DNA of 64,000 nt from Tortispora ganteri (lineage: Eukaryota). A program made the translations under genes and the position numbers. Shown here piece after piece: positions 33,214 through 43,720 of this stretch; position 1 is the stretch's first letter; the number at the start of each line of letters is the position of its first letter. The notes below the pieces were generated by a model. It did no database searches. It worked only from the letters and a program-made list of their open reading frames with translations, and was not told where the DNA came from. Where the stretch lies: contig PPNB01000002.1 in assembly GCA_003707115.1 (NCBI GenBank), forward strand, positions 124,001 through 188,000, given 5' to 3'.

Positions 33214-36200
33214 ATGTCGTTGTCTACCGCATCCGAACAGGTCGCGACATCCTCTAGGCCCACAATTGCTTCCTCCTCTAGCAATGCGGCTAACAACCTA
33301 TCACCTGTCGCTCTGGGAAACAAAATTATTTCACAGTATATACAAAGAGATGCTCAATTCCCCGAACTGGATAGAATCATCCAGCAATCATCTGTAAACG
33401 ACTACATCTTCTCTCCCGATCCTGAATCTCTAGGCGCCTTTATCCCTTTTGAGCGCTCAGAAACACTTGTCCTCCCCGATGTTGTCTTTGAGCAATACAA
33501 CAGTACTGAATGCTATACGCGTATGGGTCTCTTGCCCGAAATTAATCGCGCTTGGATCTCTGTAGACAATCGTCTTTTTTTCTGGAACTACCTCAACGGT
33601 GAAGACTTCCTATCCTTCGACTCCCTTGATCAGACAATTCTATCAGTCTCTCTATCAAAACCAAAAACTGACATGTTTATAAGTTCAGTAGAACATTTGC
33701 TCTTGATCTCCACTCCAACACAATTTGTTATATTAGCTATTTCAATAGTTGATGGAGAGCTCGAGTTATTCGATACCGGTATGTCAACTTCAATACAGGG
33801 ACTGCATGCTGGCCATATATGTGCTTTTAACTCTGGAAGGATATTTATAGGTTCTGCCTCTTCCACAGATATTTGGGAAATAGTATACAAAAAGCGCGAG
33901 GGTTGGTTCTCTGGTAAGTGCTACAAAATTTGTCAAACCTCATCTTCGCTCTCTCATTATATGCCCTCTTTTGATGGTATATCTGGACTGTTCTCCTCCA
34001 AACCTGAAGGGCACTCTTTAACTGATCTATTTCATCATAAGTCAGCGGAATATATAATTCAAATGAAAGTGGATAACACAAGGTCTACTTTGTATACGTT
34101 ATCAAATAAGTCTACAATCCGCGCTTACTCTATTGGCAAGAAAGGTGAATTTCAAGCGATGTATACCTATACTTATCGATCAATGGTCACTCATGCACAA
34201 CTTCTAAATGTTCCTGCTGCTCTTCTCGATCCATACAAGGTATCCTTGGTATCTATTCATCCTATTCCTGTTCAACAATCTCAAATGATCAACTTGGTCG
34301 CAGTCACTACAACAGGCGTCCGCCTATACATGCGTATTTCTCGCTCTTTTTTCTCATTTCAAAATGAAAATTCTGCTTCGGGGATCCAAGTCGTTCAGTG
34401 CAGATTCCCACCTAATTCAACAAGACTTCCGGGTCGTCCTTTGGACTCAGACACGCCTGCTGCAAGGTTAACTTCAACCGCTCTGAAATCTAGTGTTGCA
34501 TCGTATATGGTTTCCCCAGGTTATTTTTTTGACGTTGTTTCTGGTGAAACAAAAGATAGGCTATTTGTCTCTGTTTTAGATGCTGGCCAAATTCTGTCAA
34601 GAAATGAGCCCCCTATTGGCCCTCCAATCATGTCAGAAATAGCCTCATTTCTTGATATAGAAGGGTTCGTTCAAGATATAGCCGTGATAACGCCGCCCTA
34701 CTCGTCATCTAATACACCTCAAGGGTACTTGAATGAGCTGGCTTCTCAGTACGTGTTACCTGCTCCAAAAATAGTCGTTTTGACAAACACTGGTCTTTAC
34801 TACTACACTCGTCGTATGCCTTTCCAGGTGCTGCAGTATCTAGGTACCGATATACGGCCTTTCAGAATGTTATATGGCAGGAAAGAGCTTTGTTCCGCCG
34901 CTTTAAGCATTGCATCAAGCTCCGCCACTGATATATCTCTACAAGATGTTGCTCGTAGAGTATATCTCGAAATGGGTGGCCGACCTCACATGAAAGAAGA
35001 TGGTTTGGTAGTTGGTTCTCATGCTGGAAACTCTGATAATGAGGCAGTTTTAAGTGGAAGATTTGAAGGACTTGCAATTTTCCTTTCACGCCTTGCGCGA
35101 GATATCTGGAAACGCAAAGTTGTTGTTACTACACCTTCCAGTAAATTTGTGACTAATATTCCTTTAAGCGTTTTGCGGGACATCCAACTGAAACTCTTTG
35201 ACCTTGACGAATTTCTGAGGAGAAATGCTACATTCATTGACGGCATGATTGGTCGTTCAACTGAAGGTAGTATCGCTATCCCTCCTACAAGCTCTGAAGA
35301 AACTGCTCTCTTTGAAGAACACAGGGCTCTGCATGCAGTTACGAGTTTACTTACTAATATCAGGGAGGCTCTTGACTTTGTCACCATCCTTGCTGAAAAC
35401 CAGAACCTTGAAAAGTGTATGCCTTATGTGTCAGAGAGTGCTAAAAGCAATTTGCTGAAGCTCACATTTGATGAATTTTTTGACCCTACCAGAAATGCTT
35501 CGCTAGTTCGTGAACTTGTTGCAGGCGTGGTCGATTCTCATATTGCCTCAGGATATTCTGTAGATAACATTACAGATATACTAAGAGAGCGTTGTGGATC
35601 ATTCTGTTCTGCCGGAGATGCACTAGTTTTTAAAGCTTTGGAATGTCTGCACAAAGCAGAATCATATCAAAAAACAGACTTAGACTTGAAATCTCAATGG
35701 TTACAAGAAGGAGTGCGCGTTCTAAAACGCTCTGGTGATACTATAAGTTTGTCTGCTTTGAAAGCAACCACTTCGGAACTTGTGAAGTTTGGAAACCTTC
35801 CAGAAGCTGTGGATGTTATACTTACAGCTGCTCATGGTCACGACCGAGGCAACCAGGCTTTAGGATATTTTTCTGAAGGCAAGCCTGGTCAGGGAACCGG
35901 CACCGATAATCGAGAAAGCTTGTATAACTTTCGCATTGCATGCTATAATATGGTGTTTGAAATTCTAGATAAAGCAGGAAAAGATTTGGAAAGCATTGGA
36001 GACTCTTTGGAAGTTTCGAGGATTCAGAATGAAGTATTTAAGGTGGTATTTTCTTCAATGGATGAGTTGTTCCATTACTGCTATTATGATTGGTTAGTAT
36101 CTATGGATCTTGCTGACCGATTATTAGAATTTGATTCACCATTCGTGGCATCTTATCTTGAGAAAAATGCAGCTACTAGTCTCTATCAAGCCGATCTACT

Positions 36201-37098
36201 TTGGCGATATTTTGCTAAGAAAGAAGATAGCTTGAAAGCTTCGCAACAACTATTGGCTTTAGCTAGTAGTGATTTTGATCTCAGCCTGGAGGATCGTATT
36301 GAGTTTTTATCGCGAGCTCGTGGATTTGCTAGCGGTTCATGGCCTGTTGGGCAACGTCAGGCTATGTCAGATATATATAGAACGGTACAAGAGACTCTTG
36401 ATATTGCGAATATTCAAGCTGACATACTGCTAGAGGTTCATGCTGATAAAAGGTTTGCAAATGAGGAAAAACGACAAATATGCATTGACCAATTGAGCAA
36501 GCGCATTTTACCTATTTCCGATTTGTTTAATCTATACGCTGATCCTTTTGGCTATGGTGAGATTTGCTTAGCTATTTTCCAAACATCTGATTTTCGCCGT
36601 ACAGATGAGATAATGAGATGCTGGGAACGCATTATTTCTAAAGCTCATTCTCAGGCTAATGAAGATAACTCACCGGAACCGTATCAATATGTGGCATCAG
36701 CAATAAGGCACCTTGGAGAAAGGTTTCGACTTACAGAATTTATATTCTCTTCCGACAGACTGGTTCCAATGCTGGAGAGATACCAATTTGTCAATGGTAG
36801 TGGATCTACGCCTGGTTGGATTGTTGATGCTTTTTTGGATGCAGGTGTTGTACATGAACAACTCTTCCGGGTGATTGATTCTCTATTTGATCGACGAGAA
36901 CATCCATTTGACGAAACCGCTGGCTTAAGGCAGTTGGCCCAAGATGCTATTCACACGGTAGAACGATGGTTCTCTGATTCACGGGGATCTGCGCGAGTTG
37001 GATCACCGTTGGACGTTTTGAATGGAGAGACACTGAAAAAATATGAGCCATATGTGGCTGCGGACCAGTTTGCCAAGATCATGCGACGTTTTACATGA
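33214..37098 (+). CDS. NUP170: Nucleoporin Nup170/Nup155
   Basis: MGLLPEINRAWISVDNRLFFWNY, LRERCGSFCS, DELFHY..YDWL, L.LEDRIEFLSRA. Confidence 0.95.
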   Translation: MSLSTASEQVATSSRPTIASSSSNAANNLSPVALGNKIISQYIQRDAQFPELDRIIQQSSVNDYIFSPDPESLGAFIPFERSETLVLPDVVFEQYNSTECYTRMGLLPEINRAWISVDNRLFFWNYLNGEDFLSFDSLDQTILSVSLSKPKTDMFISSVEHLLLISTPTQFVILAISIVDGELELFDTGMSTSIQGLHAGHICAFNSGRIFIGSASSTDIWEIVYKKREGWFSGKCYKICQTSSSLSHYMPSFDGISGLFSSKPEGHSLTDLFHHKSAEYIIQMKVDNTRSTLYTLSNKSTIRAYSIGKKGEFQAMYTYTYRSMVTHAQLLNVPAALLDPYKVSLVSIHPIPVQQSQMINLVAVTTTGVRLYMRISRSFFSFQNENSASGIQVVQCRFPPNSTRLPGRPLDSDTPAARLTSTALKSSVASYMVSPGYFFDVVSGETKDRLFVSVLDAGQILSRNEPPIGPPIMSEIASFLDIEGFVQDIAVITPPYSSSNTPQGYLNELASQYVLPAPKIVVLTNTGLYYYTRRMPFQVLQYLGTDIRPFRMLYGRKELCSAALSIASSSATDISLQDVARRVYLEMGGRPHMKEDGLVVGSHAGNSDNEAVLSGRFEGLAIFLSRLARDIWKRKVVVTTPSSKFVTNIPLSVLRDIQLKLFDLDEFLRRNATFIDGMIGRSTEGSIAIPPTSSEETALFEEHRALHAVTSLLTNIREALDFVTILAENQNLEKCMPYVSESAKSNLLKLTFDEFFDPTRNASLVRELVAGVVDSHIASGYSVDNITDILRERCGSFCSAGDALVFKALECLHKAESYQKTDLDLKSQWLQEGVRVLKRSGDTISLSALKATTSELVKFGNLPEAVDVILTAAHGHDRGNQALGYFSEGKPGQGTGTDNRESLYNFRIACYNMVFEILDKAGKDLESIGDSLEVSRIQNEVFKVVFSSMDELFHYCYYDWLVSMDLADRLLEFDSPFVASYLEKNAATSLYQADLLWRYFAKKEDSLKASQQLLALASSDFDLSLEDRIEFLSRARGFASGSWPVGQRQAMSDIYRTVQETLDIANIQADILLEVHADKRFANEEKRQICIDQLSKRILPISDLFNLYADPFGYGEICLAIFQTSDFRRTDEIMRCWERIISKAHSQANEDNSPEPYQYVASAIRHLGERFRLTEFIFSSDRLVPMLERYQFVNGSGSTPGWIVDAFLDAGVVHEQLFRVIDSLFDRREHPFDETAGLRQLAQDAIHTVERWFSDSRGSARVGSPLDVLNGETLKKYEPYVAADQFAKIMRRFT

Positions 37099-37352
37099 GT
37101 AGATAACTAACGATAAAATACTAATTATATAACAATATATTAGAAATGATTAAGAACAACATTATGTTCTGACAGTGTGCACTGGAGAGGAGCGTGCGTA
37201 CATAAATGATGGCTAATGATGCGTGTCTAATAGGCCCAAGCGGAGAGTCAGAAAAACCGTGCAGAAGTGATACTATGTATTATTTTAGGTCAGTAAGTCG
37301 TCAGTGTGCAAACAAATTGTAAACCAAAGAAAGTACAAAGGTAAGAACACTA

Positions 37353-38129
37353 TTAGTCGGAATCACCTGAGTCGTCTATGCGGTAAACAAGATCGACCCA
37401 GGTTTGACCAGCATGGTCACAGTTTGAGGTGCCGCAGTCTGTGAATCCATTTTTTATGTAAAATGGAGCGACTTCTGGGTGCGCTATTAATATTACTTTG
37501 TCAGCAACAGAGTGCATACCCATTCGCTTGGTGTACTCGTTGAGCAAAGAAGATCCTATATGGGCACTCTGATAGTCGGGATGGACAGCAAGAGAATGGA
37601 TTGCAATGGATGTACCGCCATTTATATGCCCTCTGTAGTCGCCCTTAACGGGTCTTCCGTCAACAAGGTCGGGGATCTCCATTGATTCATTGGTAATGGT
37701 GTCTTTGTCAGACTGCGTAGCGATTAAATGAGCAATAAGTTTTTCCTCTCTGTCGATCTCGGAAGGATAAGCGGCTGCGTAAATGTCAGATGAGTTTATC
37801 TTTAAAGATATAGAATTTCCTGAATCACGGTTATTATTTTCAGTTTCACTTGAGTCGGTGTAGGCACCGAACTGATCGTCTGATGTGTCGTGGTTTTCTT
37901 CAGAGTCTGCGTTCCTAGAATCGGTGTAAAATTTAGCATCTTGAGGCTGCAGAGACTGATTACGCAAGAAGACTCCTAGAGATAATTCGCTACATACGCT
38001 CAGACGGTACTGAATTTTAGCTTTTGAAGCTCTTTCGGCGGGATTCGTGAAAGCGAGAGTCTCTAGCTCAGCTGCCTTATCTGCGTCCGATCTCAATAAA
38101 GGGCGTACAACGGCGTGTTCGGGTAGCAT
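37353..38129 (-). CDS. PAA1: Polyamine/arylalkylamine N-acetyltransferase (GNAT, Paa1-like)
   Basis: VRPL, ERAS..KIQYRLSVCSELSLG, GH..GGTSIAIHSLAVHPDYQ, LIAH..V.PFY.KNGF. Confidence 0.85.
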   Translation of the reverse strand: MLPEHAVVRPLLRSDADKAAELETLAFTNPAERASKAKIQYRLSVCSELSLGVFLRNQSLQPQDAKFYTDSRNADSEENHDTSDDQFGAYTDSSETENNNRDSGNSISLKINSSDIYAAAYPSEIDREEKLIAHLIATQSDKDTITNESMEIPDLVDGRPVKGDYRGHINGGTSIAIHSLAVHPDYQSAHIGSSLLNEYTKRMGMHSVADKVILIAHPEVAPFYIKNGFTDCGTSNCDHAGQTWVDLVYRIDDSGDSD

Positions 38130-38200
38130 GTCGTGATAAGTGTAGAGGCGAGCTTGTAAGTAACTTGCAAATAACGTCTAACAGTATATAATATAATAAT

Positions 38201-38208
38201 TTACCCGG
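38201..38208. promoter_or_regulatory. Reb1-type site TTACCCGG
   Basis: Exact consensus about 70 bp upstream of the PAA1 start. Confidence 0.45.
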
Positions 38209-38436
38209 AAAATCAGGTAACAATAATTTCTTTTGAGCGAAGAGCTCTTAAAAGGAACTAATGGCAGATTGTAATAACGTTAATGGCGTTAGACAAGTAT
38301 AAAGGTGTCTGTCGCCTTCTGGGTTTTGGGACCTACCGCTTGTTTGGAAAGATTAAAAGTAGATTTTAATAGTCAAGTTCTACTATTTGTTGAAGGATAA
38401 AAAATGTTCAAATAAATTATAAGACCATACCAGTAG

Positions 38437-38799
38437 TTATATTGAATGCAGTGTCATTGAAAATCTGAGCCAATCGTTGATATTAACCCATTCGTTCTCT
38501 TCTTCTGGACCGTGTATCCACAGCTGAACCTGGTCGAATTGTCCGTTTGCCTCAACAACTTTAGAGTCATAGTCATCCGTTTCTTCAAGTACTAATCCGA
38601 TGTAATTGCTCGGAATGTCGATTTTCTTGAGTTTCAGTTTTCGACCGCGCAAGTATATGTGATCTAAGCCTTCTGGCGGCTGAAAATAGTCTGCTGTGTG
38701 GTAGTGTCCGTCGTGTTCAACATTACATGGTAGGACATGAAGTTTGACATCGTCTATACTGTTACTGCTCTCGCTACCGCATTTTAACCGTACAGTCAT
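38437..38799 (-). CDS. RNH203: RNase H2 subunit C
   Basis: LHVLPCNVEHDG, YF, LRGRKL, IPSNYIGLV, F..V.LW.H, and terminal W..FS.TLH. Confidence 0.88.
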   Translation of the reverse strand: MTVRLKCGSESSNSIDDVKLHVLPCNVEHDGHYHTADYFQPPEGLDHIYLRGRKLKLKKIDIPSNYIGLVLEETDDYDSKVVEANGQFDQVQLWIHGPEEENEWVNINDWLRFSMTLHSI

Positions 38800-38986
38800 G
38801 GCTCTACGTAAAGCTCCTGAGCGGCAGTGTTACAAGTTGAAGAAGGTCGCGACCTCAATTTAACCCTCGATGCGTTGCTATGTAAAAGCTCCCTCATTCC
38901 AAAGTCTGTCAGTTACGTTGCACTAGAGACGACTAGGAAATACTTCCACTTGAATCCAATTAACCAATTGTATCCTCACGAAAAAT

Positions 38987-39583
38987 ATGGAAAAATTAAT
39001 AGATTTGACTCAGTCTAGCTTCTATTTAAGCTTGGCTTCAATAGCATTTAATCCTATTTTCTGGAACATCGTCGCGAGATTTGAATACAAGAACAAAGTG
39101 CTCACTAAAATTGCCGGCGGTAACCCCTACCTTGGATGCTACGGCCTTGCTGCAACTATCTTCTCTTTAGGAATTGTCAGGGATTTGCTCTTCGAAAAGG
39201 CATTGCGTGCACAGCCTAGTTATTCGTTGCTGCAGACTGGCGCTGTGAAGGCTGCTGCCGCAGCATTGTTCATCTACGGACAGGTCCTCGTAGTATCATC
39301 AATGTGGGCCTTGGGCGTTACGGGCACGTATTTGGGCGACTACTTTGGCATTCTTATGGACGAACGTGTGACCGGGTTCCCCTTTAATATAACCAATAAC
39401 CCAATGTATTGGGGATCTACGCTTGCATTCTTCGGAACCTCTCTTTGGTATGGAAAGCCTGCCGGTCTTGCTATTTCTGCCTTTGTCTTCGTCATGTACA
39501 AAATAGCCCTGCTCTTCGAAGAGCCTTTCACCGCTGCAATCTACGCGAAACGCGATAATGCTAAGAAATCAAAAAAAAAGTAA
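38987..39583 (+). CDS. OPI3: Phospholipid (PMME/PDME) methyltransferase
   Basis: FNPIFWNIVARFEY, LGVTGTYLGDYFGILM, FPFN..NNPMYWGS, EEPFT. Confidence 0.97.
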   Translation: MEKLIDLTQSSFYLSLASIAFNPIFWNIVARFEYKNKVLTKIAGGNPYLGCYGLAATIFSLGIVRDLLFEKALRAQPSYSLLQTGAVKAAAAALFIYGQVLVVSSMWALGVTGTYLGDYFGILMDERVTGFPFNITNNPMYWGSTLAFFGTSLWYGKPAGLAISAFVFVMYKIALLFEEPFTAAIYAKRDNAKKSKKK

Positions 39584-39756
39584 AATATTTAGATCCTACT
39601 CCTACTAAGAGCTCCCTATTCAAAAGTTATAGATATTCTGTTCTGTTATTGTTCACTAAATGTACTTCAATTCTGAAGTGGACGCCCAATATATCTGTAA
39701 TGAATATCGAAAGCAAGAAAATAAACATATCCGAGTTCGTCTTTTGTCATCTTATG

Positions 39757-42700
39757 TCATTGATAATAGCCGCTTTTTGGATTGAGTTTTTTCTTCGATC
39801 CCACAGTCCGAGGTTTTCGACTGCCCTTAGCACTTCCAGATCCGTACCCACCAGGTGTTGGCCCGCTTACAGCGTAGCCTAATCCGCTTCCCGGTCCATA
39901 AGACATCATTTTCCTAATCCTTGTTTCATGCTTTGAAGGAGGATATAGATACTTCGATTTGTCGTATTCTATGGGTACAAACTTCGCACTTTGTCCCGGA
40001 ATGTATATCTTATAAGAACGGCCAGCGACTGCTTCTTCTTCGGGTTTCATAGCAATTCCATAATAAGAAGGTGTGTGTATCGGGCTCACTGTCGAAAAAT
40101 TAATAGGCAGCGGCTTCACATGAAATACAATATTCCTTTCGTCCAGTATACTCTCCTCACTGATATCTTTGATCCCAGTATTTATATGCACAGGATAATA
40201 GGAGAAATCAGTTTGAGCAAAGAGACTATCTTGATCTATCCCTTCGCTACGCATTTCCATTAATGCTGCAGGATTCGATGCTTCTTCGTGACGTAAACCT
40301 GCATAAGCTGGAATAGCAGTCCCCGCATATAATTCCGCTACCTTGCTTGACGCTTTTTCAACCGCCTTGTTTGCAGAATTCCCCTCGTACGTTTGAGGTC
40401 CTACTGCAACATAATAATTTTGTTGGTTGGCAGCTAAGACATCTTGATCTCCCGCAGATAAAAACAATCCTGCATTGGGATCAACAGTCCCAGGAATAAT
40501 CGATGTAATCTGACTAGCACCTTGAGCATGACCCATAGGGATACCGCGAAAAGGACCACTTCCGCCAAAGTCAGCAACTCCACTAGCAGGACCCATCCTA
40601 GGCAAAACAACTCTTGGGATTTGGTGATCCTCGCCTGTAATAGCAGCAGAACCGGACATAAACGCTTGATTAGAAGTCGACGAATTCGTAATACGACTTT
40701 GAGGGCCAGCAACCAAAGCAGGAATAGATTCCGCACTCACGTTACCGCTGGATCCAGTAGATACAAATGTCGGCTGTTCAGGGGCATCGGACCGCATACC
40801 CGTGGGGAAAAATCGAGAAGCCCCTCTACTTGCCACACTTTGAGAAGAAGGATCTTGCGTTGGTAGAAAGGGGTTTTGGTGCGTAGGTTGCCTAGAATGA
40901 TGGTCGTGACCAGATGAGGCAACAAATGAGTTAGCATTTGTTTGAATGTTCGAGAAAAACTGCTTTGCATGAGCGCCATCGCCTCTGTGTTGAATATCAT
41001 GATCTGGTCTTTTGCCATCAAACTTGTGCAGCCGGCTCCATGATTCTTCAAATTTAGAACCTGTTTGTTTTCGAAAATCCCGGTCTAGAATCATTTTTCT
41101 ATCACCAGTACTACCACTTCCCGAGAAGCGCCTTCGTTCAAATGGGCCACGATGAGAAGCACTATGACGAGATGCGGAATCTAAAGGACCGTATCGACCA
41201 TGCGCATCTTTTCCTGAATCCATCTCATGCCTTTCACCATGCTTGTTGGCCGCATTATAGCCCCATAGTTCTTTTGATGCCTTTTCGTGATGTGTTGCTC
41301 CAGTAGCAAGAGCCTGCTTCCAGCTAGGACTATCTTTTGAGGTAGCTCCCTTAGGTCCATGGCCAAATATTGATCTGACAGCTTCAAAATTGGCGGCATT
41401 TTGAGAAGAGGTCGTGCTGGATGTCATTGAGGTTTCAGCCACTGTATTGGTCTCTACAGAAGTAGGGCTAGCGTTTTGCTTGGGCTGTTGCTGCTCTAGG
41501 CGTTTCTCGAGTTCTTCAAGTCGTTTTTTACGCACTTCTTCTTGATGTGCTTTTTCTTTAGCCCATTCCTCCTCTTTCCTTCGCCTGGCTTCTTTCTGTG
41601 CTTCTTTCATTTCCTTTTGCTGTTGAATAGCCATCTCGGCGAGTGACATATCCTTAGGGACTGCGTAATGATCTGCCAGAGATTCAAAGGAGCTCTTTAT
41701 CGGAGAATGGTGCTCTCTGAACCTGCGAGCTTCCAATCGCTCCTCTCTAGAGTTTGCTGACGAGTTTCGTCTGTTCTTAAACTCCCTTGGCGATATGCTG
41801 CGGCCCTGAAGTTGGCTCCGATCTTTGGTAACAAAACCGTCCCCTCTAGTGGAGTTATTTCTATCAGCAGCATCATTGTACAGAGGTCTGTGTCCATGGT
41901 TATAATCCCGATCGTACTCATGTTTTAACTGATAAGGTTTTTGTTTTGTAGCAAGTTGATGGAGCTGCTTTGTTGGAGGTTGAGCTGCATTCACAACTGT
42001 CTCGGGCGAAAATATAGACTTTGGTTTTGGAATAGTAGGAATGGAGTTCCATACCGGTTCCGAAGGATCTCTGGTCGCTTTCGCCTCGATAATAGAAGGT
42101 TCTTTGGGCACGATTGGGGATGTTATATCCGGGACTATAACTTTAGTGCCATCTGCGAACTCGATAGTGTTGTCCCATTCGTCGTCATCATCTTCAGCGG
42201 AATCCCAAGTTAAGTGTTGATGATGCGAAGTAGCCGCTGCAGTAGATGGCGAAGCGGTAAATGCGGAGTCTGTGCTATCTTTTGATTTGTTCTGAGTAGT
42301 TTTAAGCTCTGATTGCAATACCGGTTTAATAAGCGGCTGCTGAGAATCCGGTGTTAACTCTTTTGCTGCTGATTTTGGGGATTTCCATGCACTTTCTTCA
42401 GCTGGGGGTTTAGGTTTCGACAAAGAATCGTGACGCATAGGAGATAATCTGTAATGACCAGTTGCAATTATTGAGCCAGTTGGATTCAGTGGCTTGGCAT
42501 TTAAGGAGCCAGGGTGCAGTGCAGAAGGAGAAGCTGATAGTGTAGCGTGAGCCATTGCGGGACTTGGGCTAGGAGATGCAGATTTGGGTGATTTTGAACC
42601 AGACTGCGAATTCGCCAAGAATATCTGATTAACGGAGGCGGGTTTGAATTTCTTTGAGCCGGGTTTGGGAATGCCGGCTACAACACTCGAGCCTGCGGTT

Positions 42701-42798
42701 ATTGCAGCATTGGAAGTGGAACCAGGATCATGTTTAGGTTCACTTTCAGAGGTAGGAGCCGGGTTATCCTTAACATCGTGTGCCATACCTGAGGACAT
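39757..42798 (-). CDS. Large low-complexity protein with coiled coil, possibly PRRC2/BAT2-like
   Basis: ~1013 aa from ATG 42798. KKFKPASVNQIFL, WD..EDDDDEW..TIEFADGTKV, and an E/K/R-rich coiled coil. Family call is tentative. Confidence 0.5.
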   Translation of the reverse strand: MSSGMAHDVKDNPAPTSESEPKHDPGSTSNAAITAGSSVVAGIPKPGSKKFKPASVNQIFLANSQSGSKSPKSASPSPSPAMAHATLSASPSALHPGSLNAKPLNPTGSIIATGHYRLSPMRHDSLSKPKPPAEESAWKSPKSAAKELTPDSQQPLIKPVLQSELKTTQNKSKDSTDSAFTASPSTAAATSHHQHLTWDSAEDDDDEWDNTIEFADGTKVIVPDITSPIVPKEPSIIEAKATRDPSEPVWNSIPTIPKPKSIFSPETVVNAAQPPTKQLHQLATKQKPYQLKHEYDRDYNHGHRPLYNDAADRNNSTRGDGFVTKDRSQLQGRSISPREFKNRRNSSANSREERLEARRFREHHSPIKSSFESLADHYAVPKDMSLAEMAIQQQKEMKEAQKEARRRKEEEWAKEKAHQEEVRKKRLEELEKRLEQQQPKQNASPTSVETNTVAETSMTSSTTSSQNAANFEAVRSIFGHGPKGATSKDSPSWKQALATGATHHEKASKELWGYNAANKHGERHEMDSGKDAHGRYGPLDSASRHSASHRGPFERRRFSGSGSTGDRKMILDRDFRKQTGSKFEESWSRLHKFDGKRPDHDIQHRGDGAHAKQFFSNIQTNANSFVASSGHDHHSRQPTHQNPFLPTQDPSSQSVASRGASRFFPTGMRSDAPEQPTFVSTGSSGNVSAESIPALVAGPQSRITNSSTSNQAFMSGSAAITGEDHQIPRVVLPRMGPASGVADFGGSGPFRGIPMGHAQGASQITSIIPGTVDPNAGLFLSAGDQDVLAANQQNYYVAVGPQTYEGNSANKAVEKASSKVAELYAGTAIPAYAGLRHEEASNPAALMEMRSEGIDQDSLFAQTDFSYYPVHINTGIKDISEESILDERNIVFHVKPLPINFSTVSPIHTPSYYGIAMKPEEEAVAGRSYKIYIPGQSAKFVPIEYDKSKYLYPPSKHETRIRKMMSYGPGSGLGYAVSGPTPGGYGSGSAKGSRKPRTVGSKKKLNPKSGYYQ

Positions 42799-43348
42799 GA
42801 CTGAAAGGTTATAAAAAAAAAGCTCTGATATGTAGAGAAAGTCTAGCTGCAAAGTAATTAGCGGTCAACCAAGGAAAAAAGAGATCGATCAATGATCTAA
42901 AGGTTAGGCAGCTCCCAGAGAATGACTTTTCCCTCTAATACTTCTGATTACGATCCTTGACAAGACACCAGTAAAAAAAAAATCAAATACAATCGCTTAA
43001 AGTAAAGCTTTCGATTCTTTTCTGTAGGATTTAGCTGAACTTGTCCAGCGTGTTATTCAGAAAGTGAAGATTGCCGCCGCAAAAAGCAGAAAAAAAAAAA
43101 TAGGCACACCTATAACGGGTGGGTGACTTTGCAGAAGTGTAAAGAATCTGAGACGAGGATTCACCACCCTCTGTCTTAGCAAACGCCTAGTTAACTTTAT
43201 GCGTCAGAAGAACGTGTAAGAAAGCTTTGCGCGTGATTCTACGCTTCTTTCTTGGTTTTTAAATCGCCCTGATTATCGATCAGTGCGCCAGAACCTCCTT
43301 GTGAAAAGAGATGAGATGCGTGATGGTTGCTATGCAATAATTATGTAG

Positions 43349-43708
43349 GGCTGAGGGTGCTATACTTGTGAGCAGGCAAGGGAAGAAGCCCTTTCAATGC
43401 TTGGATCTGCTCCGCGGACTACTTCGAAAGGTGTTTCAAGACCTACAAGGGGGGCTTTGGAGAGAATATAATTAGTTCTAATGGATATTTCGGGTCCAGA
43501 AGATATAAGACGTCTTTTTTTGGCCTTTACTAATGGCGAGGATCGCGACATAATGTACGAGGATCTAGAAAGATATTCAAAAGATATTGGGGACAAAGCT
43601 ACTGCTGCAGAGCTAAAAGATATGATATGGGTGGCTACAGATAGTCATGATCGTAAATCAGTATCGTACGAAGAATTTGAGCAATTCGTTTTAAGTATCA
43701 TTGACTAG
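43349..43708 (+). pseudogene. Centrin/calmodulin-like EF-hand protein; only the C-terminal lobe (43481-43708) is intact, upstream is interrupted
   Basis: EDIRRLFLAFT....I.YEDL.R....IGD......LKDMI..A......VSYEEF pattern. In-frame TAA at 43469-43471 and TGA at 43352-43354 upstream. Could instead be a short or spliced gene. Confidence 0.45.
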
Positions 43709-43720
43709 CCGTCTGACTGC

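Noticed and set aside
32933..33397. Several small ORFs between CHIP and NUP170
   Set aside because: They are promoter or 5' UTR sequence or overlap NUP170, with no coding signature.
37353..38129. GNAT gene as the siderophore acetyltransferase
   Set aside because: Motifs match Paa1/AANAT-like enzymes, not the AlcB/SidL type, and three housekeeping genes separate it from the NRPS.
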